DNA of 64,000 nt from contig JBGAQX010000024.1 in NCBI GenBank assembly GCA_044220545.1, forward strand, positions 1,771-65,770, read 5' to 3'. Below the pieces are notes generated by a model, which did no database searches, had not been told where the DNA came from, and was given only the letters and a program-made list of their open reading frames with translations. Made by a program: the position numbers and the translations under genes. Below, piece by piece: positions 19,008-27,853 of the stretch (positions are counted from its first letter, which is position 1; each line of letters opens with the position of its first letter). This DNA comes from Rhodocyclaceae bacterium. GTDB lineage: Bacteria > Pseudomonadota > Gammaproteobacteria > Burkholderiales > Rhodocyclaceae.

Positions 19008-19515
19008 CCGCCGCCAGGATGCCCCGCATCAACGCCAACGGCGTCGGCGGGCAGCCGGGGACGCGCACGTCGACGGCGACGACGTTCTCGACGGCGCCGC
19101 AGGTCGCGTAGTTTTCGCCGAACAACTGGCCGACCTCGCCGCAGCCGCAACCGCAGTCACCCACCGCGACCACCAGCTTGGGATCGGGCGTGCAGTCGTA
19201 GGCGATGCGCAGGGCGTTCTCCATGTTCTTGGTCACCGGGCCGGTGACCAGCAGCATGTCGGCATGGCGCGGGCTGGCGACGAACTTGATGCCGCGCCCT
19301 TCGAGGTTGTAGTAGGGATTGTTCAGGGCGTGGATTTCCAGCTCGCAGCCGTTGCAGGAACCGGCATCGACTTCGCGGATGGTCAGCGCCCGACCGAGAA
19401 TGGCGAGGATTTCGTCGTGGAGCAGGCCCATCTCGCGTTGCGGGCCTTCCTCGATGGCGACGGGACGCTCGGTGAGAATGCCGGTGCGCAGGATGCGCTT
19501 GAGCAGAGGAATCAT
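18994..19515 (-). CDS. NuoB/HycG/HyfI-type small subunit of a group-4-hydrogenase-like (Ehr) complex
   Basis: The four Cys of the proximal 4Fe-4S site are present (GSCNGCELE, GDCGCGCG, GCPPTP). Converges on and overlaps the ArsR gene 3' end by 14 nt. Confidence 0.9.
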   Translation of the reverse strand: MIPLLKRILRTGILTERPVAIEEGPQREMGLLHDEILAILGRALTIREVDAGSCNGCELEIHALNNPYYNLEGRGIKFVASPRHADMLLVTGPVTKNMENALRIAYDCTPDPKLVVAVGDCGCGCGEVGQLFGENYATCGAVENVVAVDVRVPGCPPTPLALMRGILAAVSRR

Positions 19516-19543
19516 GATTTCGAGCGCAGCGAGCCACGAGTTT

Positions 19544-19563
19544 CCCCCTCTGCGAAGAGGGGG
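19544..19563 (-). other. Intercistronic G/C hairpin (8-bp stem CCCCCTCT/AGAGGGGG, 4-nt loop) between the large- and small-subunit genes
   Basis: Seen directly in the 70-nt gap 19516-19585. Flanked by GCAGCGAGCC and a G6 run, both of which recur in the 21194-21254 gap. Confidence 0.5.
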
Positions 19564-19585
19564 CTGGGGGGAGTCGGGTCACCAA

Positions 19586-21172
19586 TCACAGATCAACTCC
19601 ACTGTAGGAAAGGTTGAACGACTTGTTGATCAGCGGGAAATCCGGAACGATGTCGCTCAGCACGGCATGCTCCAGAGCCGGCCAGGCCTGCCACGAAGGA
19701 TCGTGCGGATGGGCGCGGGCGATGCGGCCCGCGTCGTCCAGTTGCAGCCCGACCACCACCTCGCCACGCCAGCCTTCGACGATGCCCAGCCCGCCGCCGC
19801 CGGGTGCTGGTGCCATTTCGACCCGCACCCCGCCCTGGGGCAGGCCGACCGCGATGACGCGCAACAGGCGCAAGGATTCGAATATCTCATCGAAGCGCAC
19901 CGCCACCCGTGCCGCGACGTCGCCGCGCTCGTCGGTGGCCGGCCGCACGCCGAGCGTCGCGTAAGGCGGCGGCGGCGTGTAGCCCTGGCGATAGCAGCGG
20001 CCATCGAGAATCATGCCGGTGGCGCGCGCCGCCATGCCGGTGAGCGACAGCTCCCGCGCCAGCTCGGTGCTGATCGGGCCGGTGGTCAGAAAGCGGTCCT
20101 GCAATCCGGGATGCTCGTCGTAGATCTTGCGCAACGCCTTGACCTCGCGACCGATCGCGTCGCACTGCTCGACGAGCCGGTCCAGCCCGGCCCGATCGAG
20201 ATCGAGGGCGACGCCGCCGGGGACGATGCGATCCATCATGAAGCGATGACCGAACAGCTCGGCGTTGAGGCGAACCCAGTCCTCCTTCAGGCGACTGAAC
20301 TGGGTGAGGCCAAAGCCGAAGGCGGCGTCGTTGCCCAGCATGCCGAGGTCGCCGAGATGGTTGGCGACCCGCTCGCGCTCGAGCATCAGCGCCCGCAAGG
20401 TGAACGCGCGCGGCGGCGGCGTCACGTCGCACGCCGCTTCGGCGGCCATCGCATAGGCCCAGGCGTAGGCGCAGGTGGAATCGCCCGAAACACGGCCGAC
20501 CAGCTTGCCGCCGGTCGCCAGGTCCTGGCCGATCAGGCGGCGCTCGACGCCCTTGTGCTGGTAGCCGAGGCGCTGTTCGAGGCGCAGCACCTTCTCGCCG
20601 ATCACCGAAAAGCGGAAGTGGCCTGGCTCGATGATGCCGGCATGAATGGGGCCGACCGGAATTTCATGCGCGCCTTCGCCACCGACCTGGACGAAGTCAT
20701 AGTCGCTGGGCAGGTTCGGGAAGCCGACACCGATGCCGACCTCATGCACGGCATCGTGGCGCAATGGATACCAGTCGGCCGGCCAGGCGCCGTGGCGCAG
20801 CCAGGGCCGTTGGTCGCCGCCGTCGGTGGCGATGCCGACCAGGTCGCGGGTGGTCCGCTGCATGCGGTTGGCGGCCGGGAAGATGCCGGCCAGATCGGGA
20901 TAGACGGGCTGCCCGGCACCAACGGCCGGCAGATCGAGGCCGAGCCAGGCATGGCCCTCGTCGAGGCCGAACACGCAATGCAAAACAAAGCCGCCGCCGC
21001 GCGATCGTTCGTCCGCACCCCACAGCGCGGCGAGGCGGCCGCCATGGCGATGGACGGAAACGGCGAAGCGCATCAGGTCTTCGCCGTCCGCCGCCCGGCC
21101 ATGCCAGACCGGCGCGCCGCAGCCGGCCTGACGGGTGAATTCGATGGGTTCGGCGTGGAACAGCATGGTCAT
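19586..21172 (-). CDS. Fused NuoC-NuoD / HycE-HyfG-type large subunit lacking all four [NiFe] cysteine ligands
   Basis: Conserved IPVGPIHAGIIEPGHFRF and LEQRLGYQHKG blocks. The L1 position reads RVSGDSTCAY instead of R.CG.C. The C-terminus reads NLSYSGVDL instead of DPC..C..R. Start at ATG 21172 or 21166 (GGAGG upstream); the track start 21193 is TTG. Confidence 0.9.
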   Translation of the reverse strand: MTMLFHAEPIEFTRQAGCGAPVWHGRAADGEDLMRFAVSVHRHGGRLAALWGADERSRGGGFVLHCVFGLDEGHAWLGLDLPAVGAGQPVYPDLAGIFPAANRMQRTTRDLVGIATDGGDQRPWLRHGAWPADWYPLRHDAVHEVGIGVGFPNLPSDYDFVQVGGEGAHEIPVGPIHAGIIEPGHFRFSVIGEKVLRLEQRLGYQHKGVERRLIGQDLATGGKLVGRVSGDSTCAYAWAYAMAAEAACDVTPPPRAFTLRALMLERERVANHLGDLGMLGNDAAFGFGLTQFSRLKEDWVRLNAELFGHRFMMDRIVPGGVALDLDRAGLDRLVEQCDAIGREVKALRKIYDEHPGLQDRFLTTGPISTELARELSLTGMAARATGMILDGRCYRQGYTPPPPYATLGVRPATDERGDVAARVAVRFDEIFESLRLLRVIAVGLPQGGVRVEMAPAPGGGGLGIVEGWRGEVVVGLQLDDAGRIARAHPHDPSWQAWPALEHAVLSDIVPDFPLINKSFNLSYSGVDL

Positions 21173-21203
21173 GCCTCCGCTGGGCCGTCCCAAGGAGGCA
21201 TGC

Positions 21204-21220
21204 GCCCCCCCGTGGGGGGC
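21204..21220 (-). other. Intercistronic G/C hairpin (GCCCCCC-cgt-GGGGGGC) between the HyfF-like and large-subunit genes
   Basis: Seen directly in the 21194-21254 gap, followed by GCAGCGAGCC...GTTTGCGAGCG...GGGGGG. Confidence 0.45.
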
Positions 21221-21254
21221 AGCGAGCCGGGTTTGCGAGCGTGGGGGGCCATCA

Positions 21255-22706
21255 TCAGCCGAGCATGCGCGCGGCTTCGTGGAACCAGCGCGTCAGATAG
21301 GGGGGAATCCAGAGCCCCAGCATCAGCACGATGGCCAGATGCAGGAACACCGGCAGGATGGCCGGGGCGTGCGGCAGCGGCTTGGCGTGCGTCTCGCCGA
21401 ACACCATCGGCTGCACCTTGCCGAAGATCTGCGCGAAGGCCACGCCCAGCGCCAGCAGCAGGATCGGCGTCGCCCACGGATAGTGCTTCATGGCGTGGGT
21501 GAGGATCATGAACTCGCTGGCGAAGACGCCGAACGGCGGCATGCCGAGGATGGCCAGGGTGCCGAGCATCAGGCCCCAGCCGATCACCGGGTTGATGCGG
21601 ATCAGGCCGCGGATGTCCGCCATCAGTTGCGTGCCGGTCTTCTGGGTGGCGTGGCCGACGGCGAAGAAGATCGCCGACTTGGTCAGCGAATGCATGGTCA
21701 TGTGCAGCAGGCCGGCGAAGTTGGCCACCGCGCCGCCCATGCCGAAGGCGAAGGTGATCAGGCCCATATGCTCGATGGACGAATAGGCGAACATTCGCTT
21801 GACGTCCTTCTGCCGACCGAGGAAGAAGGCCGCCATCAGCAGCGTCAGGAGGCCGAAGCCCATCATCAGGTTGCCGGCGAAATCGCTGTGGATCGCGCCG
21901 TCGGCCAGCACCTTGCAGCGCAGGATGGCGTAGAGCGCCACATTGAGCAGCAGGCCGGAGAGCACCGCCGAGACGGGCGTCGGACCTTCGGCGTGGGCGT
22001 CGGGCAGCCAGTTGTGCAGCGGCGCCAGACCGACCTTGGTGCCGTAGCCGACCAGCAGGAAGATGAAGGACAGCGCCATGATGGTCGGTTCCAACTGGCC
22101 CTTGACGTCGACCAGGTGCGTCCATAGCAGCGCGTTGCCGGTCTCGCCGAGCACGCGCTCGGCGGCGAAGTAGAGCAGGATGGTGCCGAACAGGGCCTGG
22201 GCGATGCCGACGCCGCAGAGGATGAAGTACTTCCAGGCCGCTTCCAGGCTGGCCGGGGTGCGGTAGAGCGAGACCAGCAGCACGGTGGTCAGCGTCGCCG
22301 CCTCCATGGCCACCCACAGGATGCCCAGGTTGTTGGTGGTCAGCGCCGCCAGCATGGTGAACATGAAGAGCTGGTACATGCTCTTGTAGAGCCGCAGGCG
22401 CGGCACGGTGAGCCGGCCGTGCGCCATTTCGTTCTTCATGTACGGGCCGGAGAAGATGCTGGTGGTCAGCCCGACGAAGGCCGTCAGCGTAACGAAGAAG
22501 ACGTTCATCGAGTCGATGAAGAACTGCTCGCCGAAGGCGAAGCGCGGCCCGCTGGTGACGATTTCGGCGGTCAGCAACGCCGAGGCGAGGAAGGTGCCCA
22601 GGCTGGCGATGATGTTGAGGTTGGGCGCCCAGGCGCGCTCGCCGACCACCGTCAGCAGCGCGCCGCTGACGAGGGGAATGGCCAGGAGGATGACGAAGAG
22701 ATCCAT
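21255..22706 (-). CDS. HyfF / NuoN-M-type antiporter-like membrane subunit
   Basis: Start at ATG 22706 (MDLFVILLAIPL). PF00361-like core GLAPLHNWLPDAHAEGPTPVSAVLSGLLLNVALY. The track ORF to 23483 is an out-of-frame extension. Confidence 0.9.
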   Translation of the reverse strand: MDLFVILLAIPLVSGALLTVVGERAWAPNLNIIASLGTFLASALLTAEIVTSGPRFAFGEQFFIDSMNVFFVTLTAFVGLTTSIFSGPYMKNEMAHGRLTVPRLRLYKSMYQLFMFTMLAALTTNNLGILWVAMEAATLTTVLLVSLYRTPASLEAAWKYFILCGVGIAQALFGTILLYFAAERVLGETGNALLWTHLVDVKGQLEPTIMALSFIFLLVGYGTKVGLAPLHNWLPDAHAEGPTPVSAVLSGLLLNVALYAILRCKVLADGAIHSDFAGNLMMGFGLLTLLMAAFFLGRQKDVKRMFAYSSIEHMGLITFAFGMGGAVANFAGLLHMTMHSLTKSAIFFAVGHATQKTGTQLMADIRGLIRINPVIGWGLMLGTLAILGMPPFGVFASEFMILTHAMKHYPWATPILLLALGVAFAQIFGKVQPMVFGETHAKPLPHAPAILPVFLHLAIVLMLGLWIPPYLTRWFHEAARMLG

Positions 22707-23371
22707 CAGCCGTCCTTGAGTTTTTCCATGTGGCGGATGTCCAGACTGTCGAACTGCTCGCGAATCTGGAAGAAGAACACGCCGAGGATGATGGCGCCGA
22801 CCAGCACGTCGAGCGCGATGCCCAGCTCGACGACCATGGGCATGCCGTAGGTGGCGCTGGTGGCGGCGAGGAACAGGCCGTTTTCCATGGACAGGAAGCC
22901 GACCACCTGCGGAATCGCCTTGGTGCGGGTGATCATCATCAGGAAGGCGAGCATGACCACCGCCAGGGCGATGCCCAGCGTGCCGCGGCTGATGGTCTGC
23001 GACAGCAGCGAGATCGGCTGGGCGACGTTGAAGGCGATGATGACCAGGACCAAACCGACCAGCATGGTGGTCGGCACATTGACCAGCGACTCCAGATCCC
23101 ACTTGACGTAGAGGCGCCGCACCAGCCGGTGCAGGATCCAGGGCAGCAGCAGCGCCTTGAGCAGCAGGGTCAGGCCCGCCGACCAGTAGAGGTGGCTTTG
23201 ATGGGTGGTCACCGCCACCACCAGCGTCGACAGGCACAGCACCAGGCCCTGGAGGGCGAACAGGTTGATCAGCGGCATGACCCGCCGCTGCGCCAGCATG
23301 GCGAAGGCCAGCAGCAGGATGATCGAGGCGCAGAGGTTGATCAACTGCGCGGACAGGGGGACGTCGGTCAT
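22706..23371 (-). CDS. HyfE-type (NuoK-related) small membrane subunit
   Basis: 221 aa with about 7 TM segments, positioned between the NuoH-like and HyfF-like genes as in hyf operons. Start and stop overlaps on both sides. Confidence 0.8.
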   Translation of the reverse strand: MTDVPLSAQLINLCASIILLLAFAMLAQRRVMPLINLFALQGLVLCLSTLVVAVTTHQSHLYWSAGLTLLLKALLLPWILHRLVRRLYVKWDLESLVNVPTTMLVGLVLVIIAFNVAQPISLLSQTISRGTLGIALAVVMLAFLMMITRTKAIPQVVGFLSMENGLFLAATSATYGMPMVVELGIALDVLVGAIILGVFFFQIREQFDSLDIRHMEKLKDG

Positions 23372-24324
23372 ACCCGGGTTTCCAGCAGCAGGCGCACCAG
23401 CAGTCCGAGCACCGCCAGCAGGAAGGCGGTGCCGAGGAATTCCGGGGCGCGGAAGATGCGCATCTTGGCGTTGACCGTTTCAATCAGCGCCAGTACGAAG
23501 CCGCCGATCGCCAGCTTGACCACCAGCAGCGGAATCGCCGCCAGCAGGGCCAGGAAGTTGTCGCGCTCGGCGATGCCCCAGGGGAAGAACAGGGCCAGGC
23601 CGAGACAGGAATAGGCATAGAGCTTGAGGCTGGCCGCCCACTCGATCAGCGCCAGGTGGCGACCCGAGTATTCGAGGATCATCGCCTCGTGGATCATGGT
23701 CAGCTCGAGGTGGGTGGCCGGATTGTCCACCGGAACGCGGGCATTCTCGGCCAGCGAGACCATGGTGAAGGCGATGCCCGCGAAGGCCAGGCTCGGGTAG
23801 ATGATGAAGTCGCGGTGCGCCAGGGTCTCGACGATGGTGGCCACCGAGGTCGATTGCGAGATCATCGCCGTGGTGAAGATCACCATCAGCAGCGCCGGTT
23901 CGGCGAGGAAGCCGACCAGCATCTCGCGCCGGCCGCCCAGGGTGCCGAAGGAAGTGCCGATGTCCATGGCCGCCAGCGAGATGAAGATGCGCGCCAGGCC
24001 GAACACGCCGACCAGGGCGATGGTGTCGGCCGCCGGCGCGAGCGGCAGGTCGGTCGACAGGCTGGGAATGATGGCGCAGGCGAGCAGCATGCAGCCGAAC
24101 ACCACGAAGGGCGCGGTACGGAACAGCGACGAGGCGCCCTCGGCCAGCACCACGTCCTTGTTGAACAGCTTGCGCAGCATGTAATAGGGTTGCAGGAGCG
24201 GCGGCGCGGTGCGGCTCTGCAACCAGGCGCGGCACTGGCCGACCCAGCCGGCGAGCAGCGGCGCCAGCAGCAGGGCCAGCGCGATGGCGAAGAGTTGCCC
24301 CAACAGCCCGGCAACACTGATCAT
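23368..24324 (-). CDS. HyfC/HycD/NuoH-type membrane subunit
   Basis: Start at ATG 24324 (ATGA overlap with the upstream stop). Contains NuoH-like VPVDNPATHLELTMIHEAMILEYSGR. Confidence 0.9.
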   Translation of the reverse strand: MISVAGLLGQLFAIALALLLAPLLAGWVGQCRAWLQSRTAPPLLQPYYMLRKLFNKDVVLAEGASSLFRTAPFVVFGCMLLACAIIPSLSTDLPLAPAADTIALVGVFGLARIFISLAAMDIGTSFGTLGGRREMLVGFLAEPALLMVIFTTAMISQSTSVATIVETLAHRDFIIYPSLAFAGIAFTMVSLAENARVPVDNPATHLELTMIHEAMILEYSGRHLALIEWAASLKLYAYSCLGLALFFPWGIAERDNFLALLAAIPLLVVKLAIGGFVLALIETVNAKMRIFRAPEFLGTAFLLAVLGLLVRLLLETRV

Positions 24325-26339
24325 GGGCGGGCCACCATCAGAAGAACGATCAAGGTCACGAAGCTGTAGAGCAGGTAGATCGCGATGCGGCCGCCCTGCA
24401 CGCCGACGATCAGGCCGGACAGCCATTCCACCAGGCGCGCCACCGGCAGATAGAGCCAGTGCCAGAAATGATCCTCGACCTTGACGCTGTAGTAGGGCTT
24501 CTCGTCGCGAATGGTCGGGAAATGGCGCTCCATGCGGAACATCGGCTCGAAGATGCGCCGGATCGGCTGGCTGAAGCCCTCGGCGGTATCCTGGGCGCGC
24601 GGCCCCTGGAAGAAGTAGCCGCAGTCCCAGGCCGGCGAACGGCGCAGGCGGCCGTGGTAGAAGCGGCGCACCAGCCAGCGGCCGAGCAGCACCGAGGCGA
24701 TGATCACGGCCAGGAACACCAGCGGCTGGTAGCTGGCGCGGTCGGGCGAAATCGGCGCGAGCATCGCCCAGCCATGCTCGCGGACCTTGTCGGCCAGGCC
24801 GGCGCCCAGCAACTGCCGGGTGGTGGCGTCGATGACGCCGATCACCGTCGAAGGCAGCACCCCGAGCAACAAGGTCAACAGGGCCAGCCAGACCAGACCG
24901 ACCCGCTCCCAGGGGCCGGCGTCACGGGCGCCCTGGAGCGCCGGCTCGCGCATCTGGCCGAGAAAGACGATGCCGTAGAACTTGACCATGGCGAAGCCGG
25001 CCAGCGCCGCCACCAGGGCAATGACGGCGGCGGCCACCGGCACCACCATGTTGAGCCAGGAATGCGGCAGCCCCGGCGAGAACAGGAAGGCTTGCAGCAA
25101 CAGCCACTCCGAGACGAAACCGGACAGCGGTGGCAGGCCGGCGCTGGCGATGACGCCGGCCAGGGCCAGCCAGGCCACCCAGGGCATGCGATGGATCAGC
25201 CCGCCCAGCTTGCCCAGGCCGCGCTCGTGGGTGGCGTGGAGCACCGAGCCGGTGCACAGGAACAGCAGGCTCTTGAAGCCGGCATGGGCCAGGCAATGGT
25301 AGAGCACCGCCGTCATGGCCAGCGCCGCCAGCGCCTCCATGCGGTAGGCATGGAAGATCAAGGCCAGGCCGATGCCGACGGCCAGCAGGCCGATGTTCTC
25401 GATCGAGGAATAGGCGAGCAGTCGCTTCATGTCGCTCTGCACGGTACTGTAGAGCACGCCGAACAGCGCCGTCACCAGGCCGACGGCCAGCGCCACCACG
25501 CCCCACCACCAGAGCGGCGTGCCGACCAGATCGAAGCTCACCCGCAGCAGGCCGTAGATGGCCGTCTTGAGCATGACGCCGCTCATCATCGCCGACACCG
25601 GCGAGGGCGCCGCCGGATGCGCCTCGGGCAGCCAGACATGCACCGGCACCAGGCCCGCCTTGGCGCCGAAGCCGACCAGCGCCAGCAGGTAGGCGATCGA
25701 GGCCCAGAACGGCGACAGTTGTTGGGCGCGCATGCCGGCGAAGGTGTAGTCGCCAATTCCGCCCTGGCCGCCGGTCATGACGCCGAAGGAAAGCAGGATG
25801 GCGATGGCGCCGACGTGGGCGATCAGCAGGTAGAGATAGCCGGCGCGGCGGATCGCCTCGTGGCGATGATCGGTGGTGACCAGGAAGAATGACGACAGCG
25901 CCATGCTTTCCCAGGCGACCATGAAGGCGTAGGCGTCGTCGGCCAGCAAGACCATCAGCATGCTGGTCAGGAAGACGTGGTATTCGAGGCACAGCAGTCC
26001 GGGCGCCGTGCCCTCGCCCTGCCGGAAGTAGCCGGCGGCGTAGATGGAAATGCCCACCGAGACGAAGCCGAGCAGCAGCGCGAAGACGGCGGTCAGGGCG
26101 TCGAGCCGCAGGTGGAAGGGCAGCGTCGGCAAGCCGATGGCCAGCACCGCGGTTTCCGGCGGCCTGCCGAGATAACCGAGCGCGGTCAGGCCGATCATCA
26201 AGCCGATCAGCGCGCCGAGCGGGAAAAGCACCTTGCTGATGAAGCGCGTGTTGCGCGGCGCCGCCAGGCCCGCCAGGCCGATCGCCAGCCAGGCGCAGGC
26301 GGCAATCAGCAGGCTATCGATGGGCAGGAGGTTGGGCAT
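24321..26339 (-). CDS. HyfB / NuoL-type large antiporter-like membrane subunit
   Basis: 672 aa. PF00361-like core VPVHVWLPEAHPAAPSPVSAMMSGVMLKTAIYG. First gene of the six-gene block. Confidence 0.9.
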   Translation of the reverse strand: MPNLLPIDSLLIAACAWLAIGLAGLAAPRNTRFISKVLFPLGALIGLMIGLTALGYLGRPPETAVLAIGLPTLPFHLRLDALTAVFALLLGFVSVGISIYAAGYFRQGEGTAPGLLCLEYHVFLTSMLMVLLADDAYAFMVAWESMALSSFFLVTTDHRHEAIRRAGYLYLLIAHVGAIAILLSFGVMTGGQGGIGDYTFAGMRAQQLSPFWASIAYLLALVGFGAKAGLVPVHVWLPEAHPAAPSPVSAMMSGVMLKTAIYGLLRVSFDLVGTPLWWWGVVALAVGLVTALFGVLYSTVQSDMKRLLAYSSIENIGLLAVGIGLALIFHAYRMEALAALAMTAVLYHCLAHAGFKSLLFLCTGSVLHATHERGLGKLGGLIHRMPWVAWLALAGVIASAGLPPLSGFVSEWLLLQAFLFSPGLPHSWLNMVVPVAAAVIALVAALAGFAMVKFYGIVFLGQMREPALQGARDAGPWERVGLVWLALLTLLLGVLPSTVIGVIDATTRQLLGAGLADKVREHGWAMLAPISPDRASYQPLVFLAVIIASVLLGRWLVRRFYHGRLRRSPAWDCGYFFQGPRAQDTAEGFSQPIRRIFEPMFRMERHFPTIRDEKPYYSVKVEDHFWHWLYLPVARLVEWLSGLIVGVQGGRIAIYLLYSFVTLIVLLMVARP

Positions 26340-26451
26340 GGCGATCAGGAAACGCGAAGACCGATTCTAGCAGCGACACCACCGATCGACCGAGCCGCCG
26401 TCGATGCCAGATGGCGGAGGGCGGGCGTCGATTCCAGCCGCGGCGGCACCG

Positions 26452-26931
26452 CTAATCGGAATCCTTCGGCTTGCGCTGGAAGTCCAGCAACTTGTTGGCG
26501 AAGTATCGGTCGCCAAGCTCCGGGTCGATCGGATTGCCCTTCATATCGACCAGGGGCAGATTGAATTCGTTCCAGCCCCGCAGCCCGGTCTTCAGCGAGG
26601 TAACGTGCTGGTAGCCCATGCGTGCCAGCGTATGCGCGGCGAACACACTGCGACTGCCGGATCGGCAGACGACGACGATCTGCCGATCGCGCGCCTTGAC
26701 CAGCTCCGGCTCCGTCTCCTCGTGGTCCCATTCCACGGCTGTTTCCAGGATGCCACGCGGCACGTGTAGCGAGTTCTCGATGCGCATCGTGTCGTATTCC
26801 TGGTTCTCCCTGACATCCAGGAACAGGAGGTCGTCCCCGCTCTTCAATCTCTTCTCGACATCCCATGGAAAACACTCGTGGACCTCCGGCAGGATTTCCG
26901 CCACCAGGTCCTTGTAAGTCACTCGTTTCAT
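26452..26931 (-). CDS. Rhodanese-like domain protein directly upstream of the hydrogenase-like operon
   Basis: LFLDVRENQEY...VVVCRSGSRS active-site loop (CRSGSRS). Start taken at ATG 26931 (MKRVTYKDL). Confidence 0.8.
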   Translation of the reverse strand: MKRVTYKDLVAEILPEVHECFPWDVEKRLKSGDDLLFLDVRENQEYDTMRIENSLHVPRGILETAVEWDHEETEPELVKARDRQIVVVCRSGSRSVFAAHTLARMGYQHVTSLKTGLRGWNEFNLPLVDMKGNPIDPELGDRYFANKLLDFQRKPKDSD

Positions 26932-27180
26932 GGTCTCTTCACGGATTGGCCACTGATCGGCCAATCATAATCCGCAAATCGACAGGCGACATTTCGAGAG
27001 TACAGCGCGTTGTCGGGTCGCAGCCAGACGGCCGGAAGGGCAATTCACACAACTCGACCGAAACGGCCATTCAGGTACGGCCACTCAACTGGCAGCACCG
27101 TGCCCAATCCCGCCGGTCGAGGTTCTAAAAAGCGGACGGTCGCGTAGTCGGCTGGGCTTTCATTGCACGCGCGGTCAAAA

Positions 27181-27504
27181 TCAGGCGAGTGACTTCAATC
27201 CGTACTTTTCGACGACAGCAAGCATCTTCAGTGCGATGCCGCTTGGTTGCTTTGCTCCAGCTTCCCACTTCTGCACGGTAGATTCGCTGATATTCAGCAT
27301 CCTGGCAAAAACGGGCTGGCTCACGTGATTCTCCTCACGAATGCGCCGAATCCGCGCCGCCGTCAGGTTGGGAAGCTTGGCCTGGCACGCCACATCAAAT
27401 TCGCGCAGAGTTGTCTTGCTAATGGCGCCGACCTTGAATAGGGCTTTCGCCGAGCCGTGAATGGACTCAAAGGCGTCGCTCTTAAACTTTGGCTTTGTTG
27501 TCAT
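27181..27504 (-). CDS. XRE-family HTH antitoxin (HigA/NadS-like)
   Basis: C-terminal HTH HVSQPVFARMLNISESTVQKWEAG. Paired with the upstream toxin gene by a 23-nt overlap. Region has visibly lower G+C. Confidence 0.8.
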   Translation of the reverse strand: MTTKPKFKSDAFESIHGSAKALFKVGAISKTTLREFDVACQAKLPNLTAARIRRIREENHVSQPVFARMLNISESTVQKWEAGAKQPSGIALKMLAVVEKYGLKSLA

Positions 27505-27853
27505 TGCAGATCTCCGTTAATTCGCCGTCGCCGATAAGTTCCTTAACCTTGTCCGCGGACAGTTTCTCGTACACCTTTGCGAGCTTCCGGAATTCAACAA
27601 GCTCATCGTCATCAATGTTTTCCCGGTCGCTCTTGGCAAACACATATTGATATATCCAGTACCGCCCTCCCTTGGCCAGGATGATCGAGCGATGCATGTT
27701 GTTATTGATGCGCTTCTTGAAAACTCCACCGCCCAAGTCATCAGCTTGGCCAAGCATCACTTCCTTGATCGCCTCGCATAATTCCTGGTCGGTGATGTGA
27801 GCCTTCCTGGCCGCTTTCGCAAACCATGCGGTCTTGAATGTCCTTCCGGTCAC
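27482..27853 (-). CDS. RelE/ParE-superfamily toxin (COG4737-like)
   Basis: TFKTAWFAKAARKAHITD...GGGVFKKR...YVFAKSDRENIDDDEL matches this toxin family from memory. GTG 27853 was chosen because family members begin near (M)xTFKTxWF; the track start 27955 is TTG. Confidence 0.7.
   Translation of the reverse strand: MTGRTFKTAWFAKAARKAHITDQELCEAIKEVMLGQADDLGGGVFKKRINNNMHRSIILAKGGRYWIYQYVFAKSDRENIDDDELVEFRKLAKVYEKLSADKVKELIGDGELTEICNDNKAKV

Noticed and set aside
18994-21193. Calling the locus a functional formate-hydrogenlyase / hydrogenase-4
   Set aside because: The large subunit lacks both CxxC ligand pairs. No HyfA/HyfH-type ferredoxin, formate dehydrogenase or hyp genes are nearby. It is therefore annotated as hydrogenase-like (Ehr-type) only.
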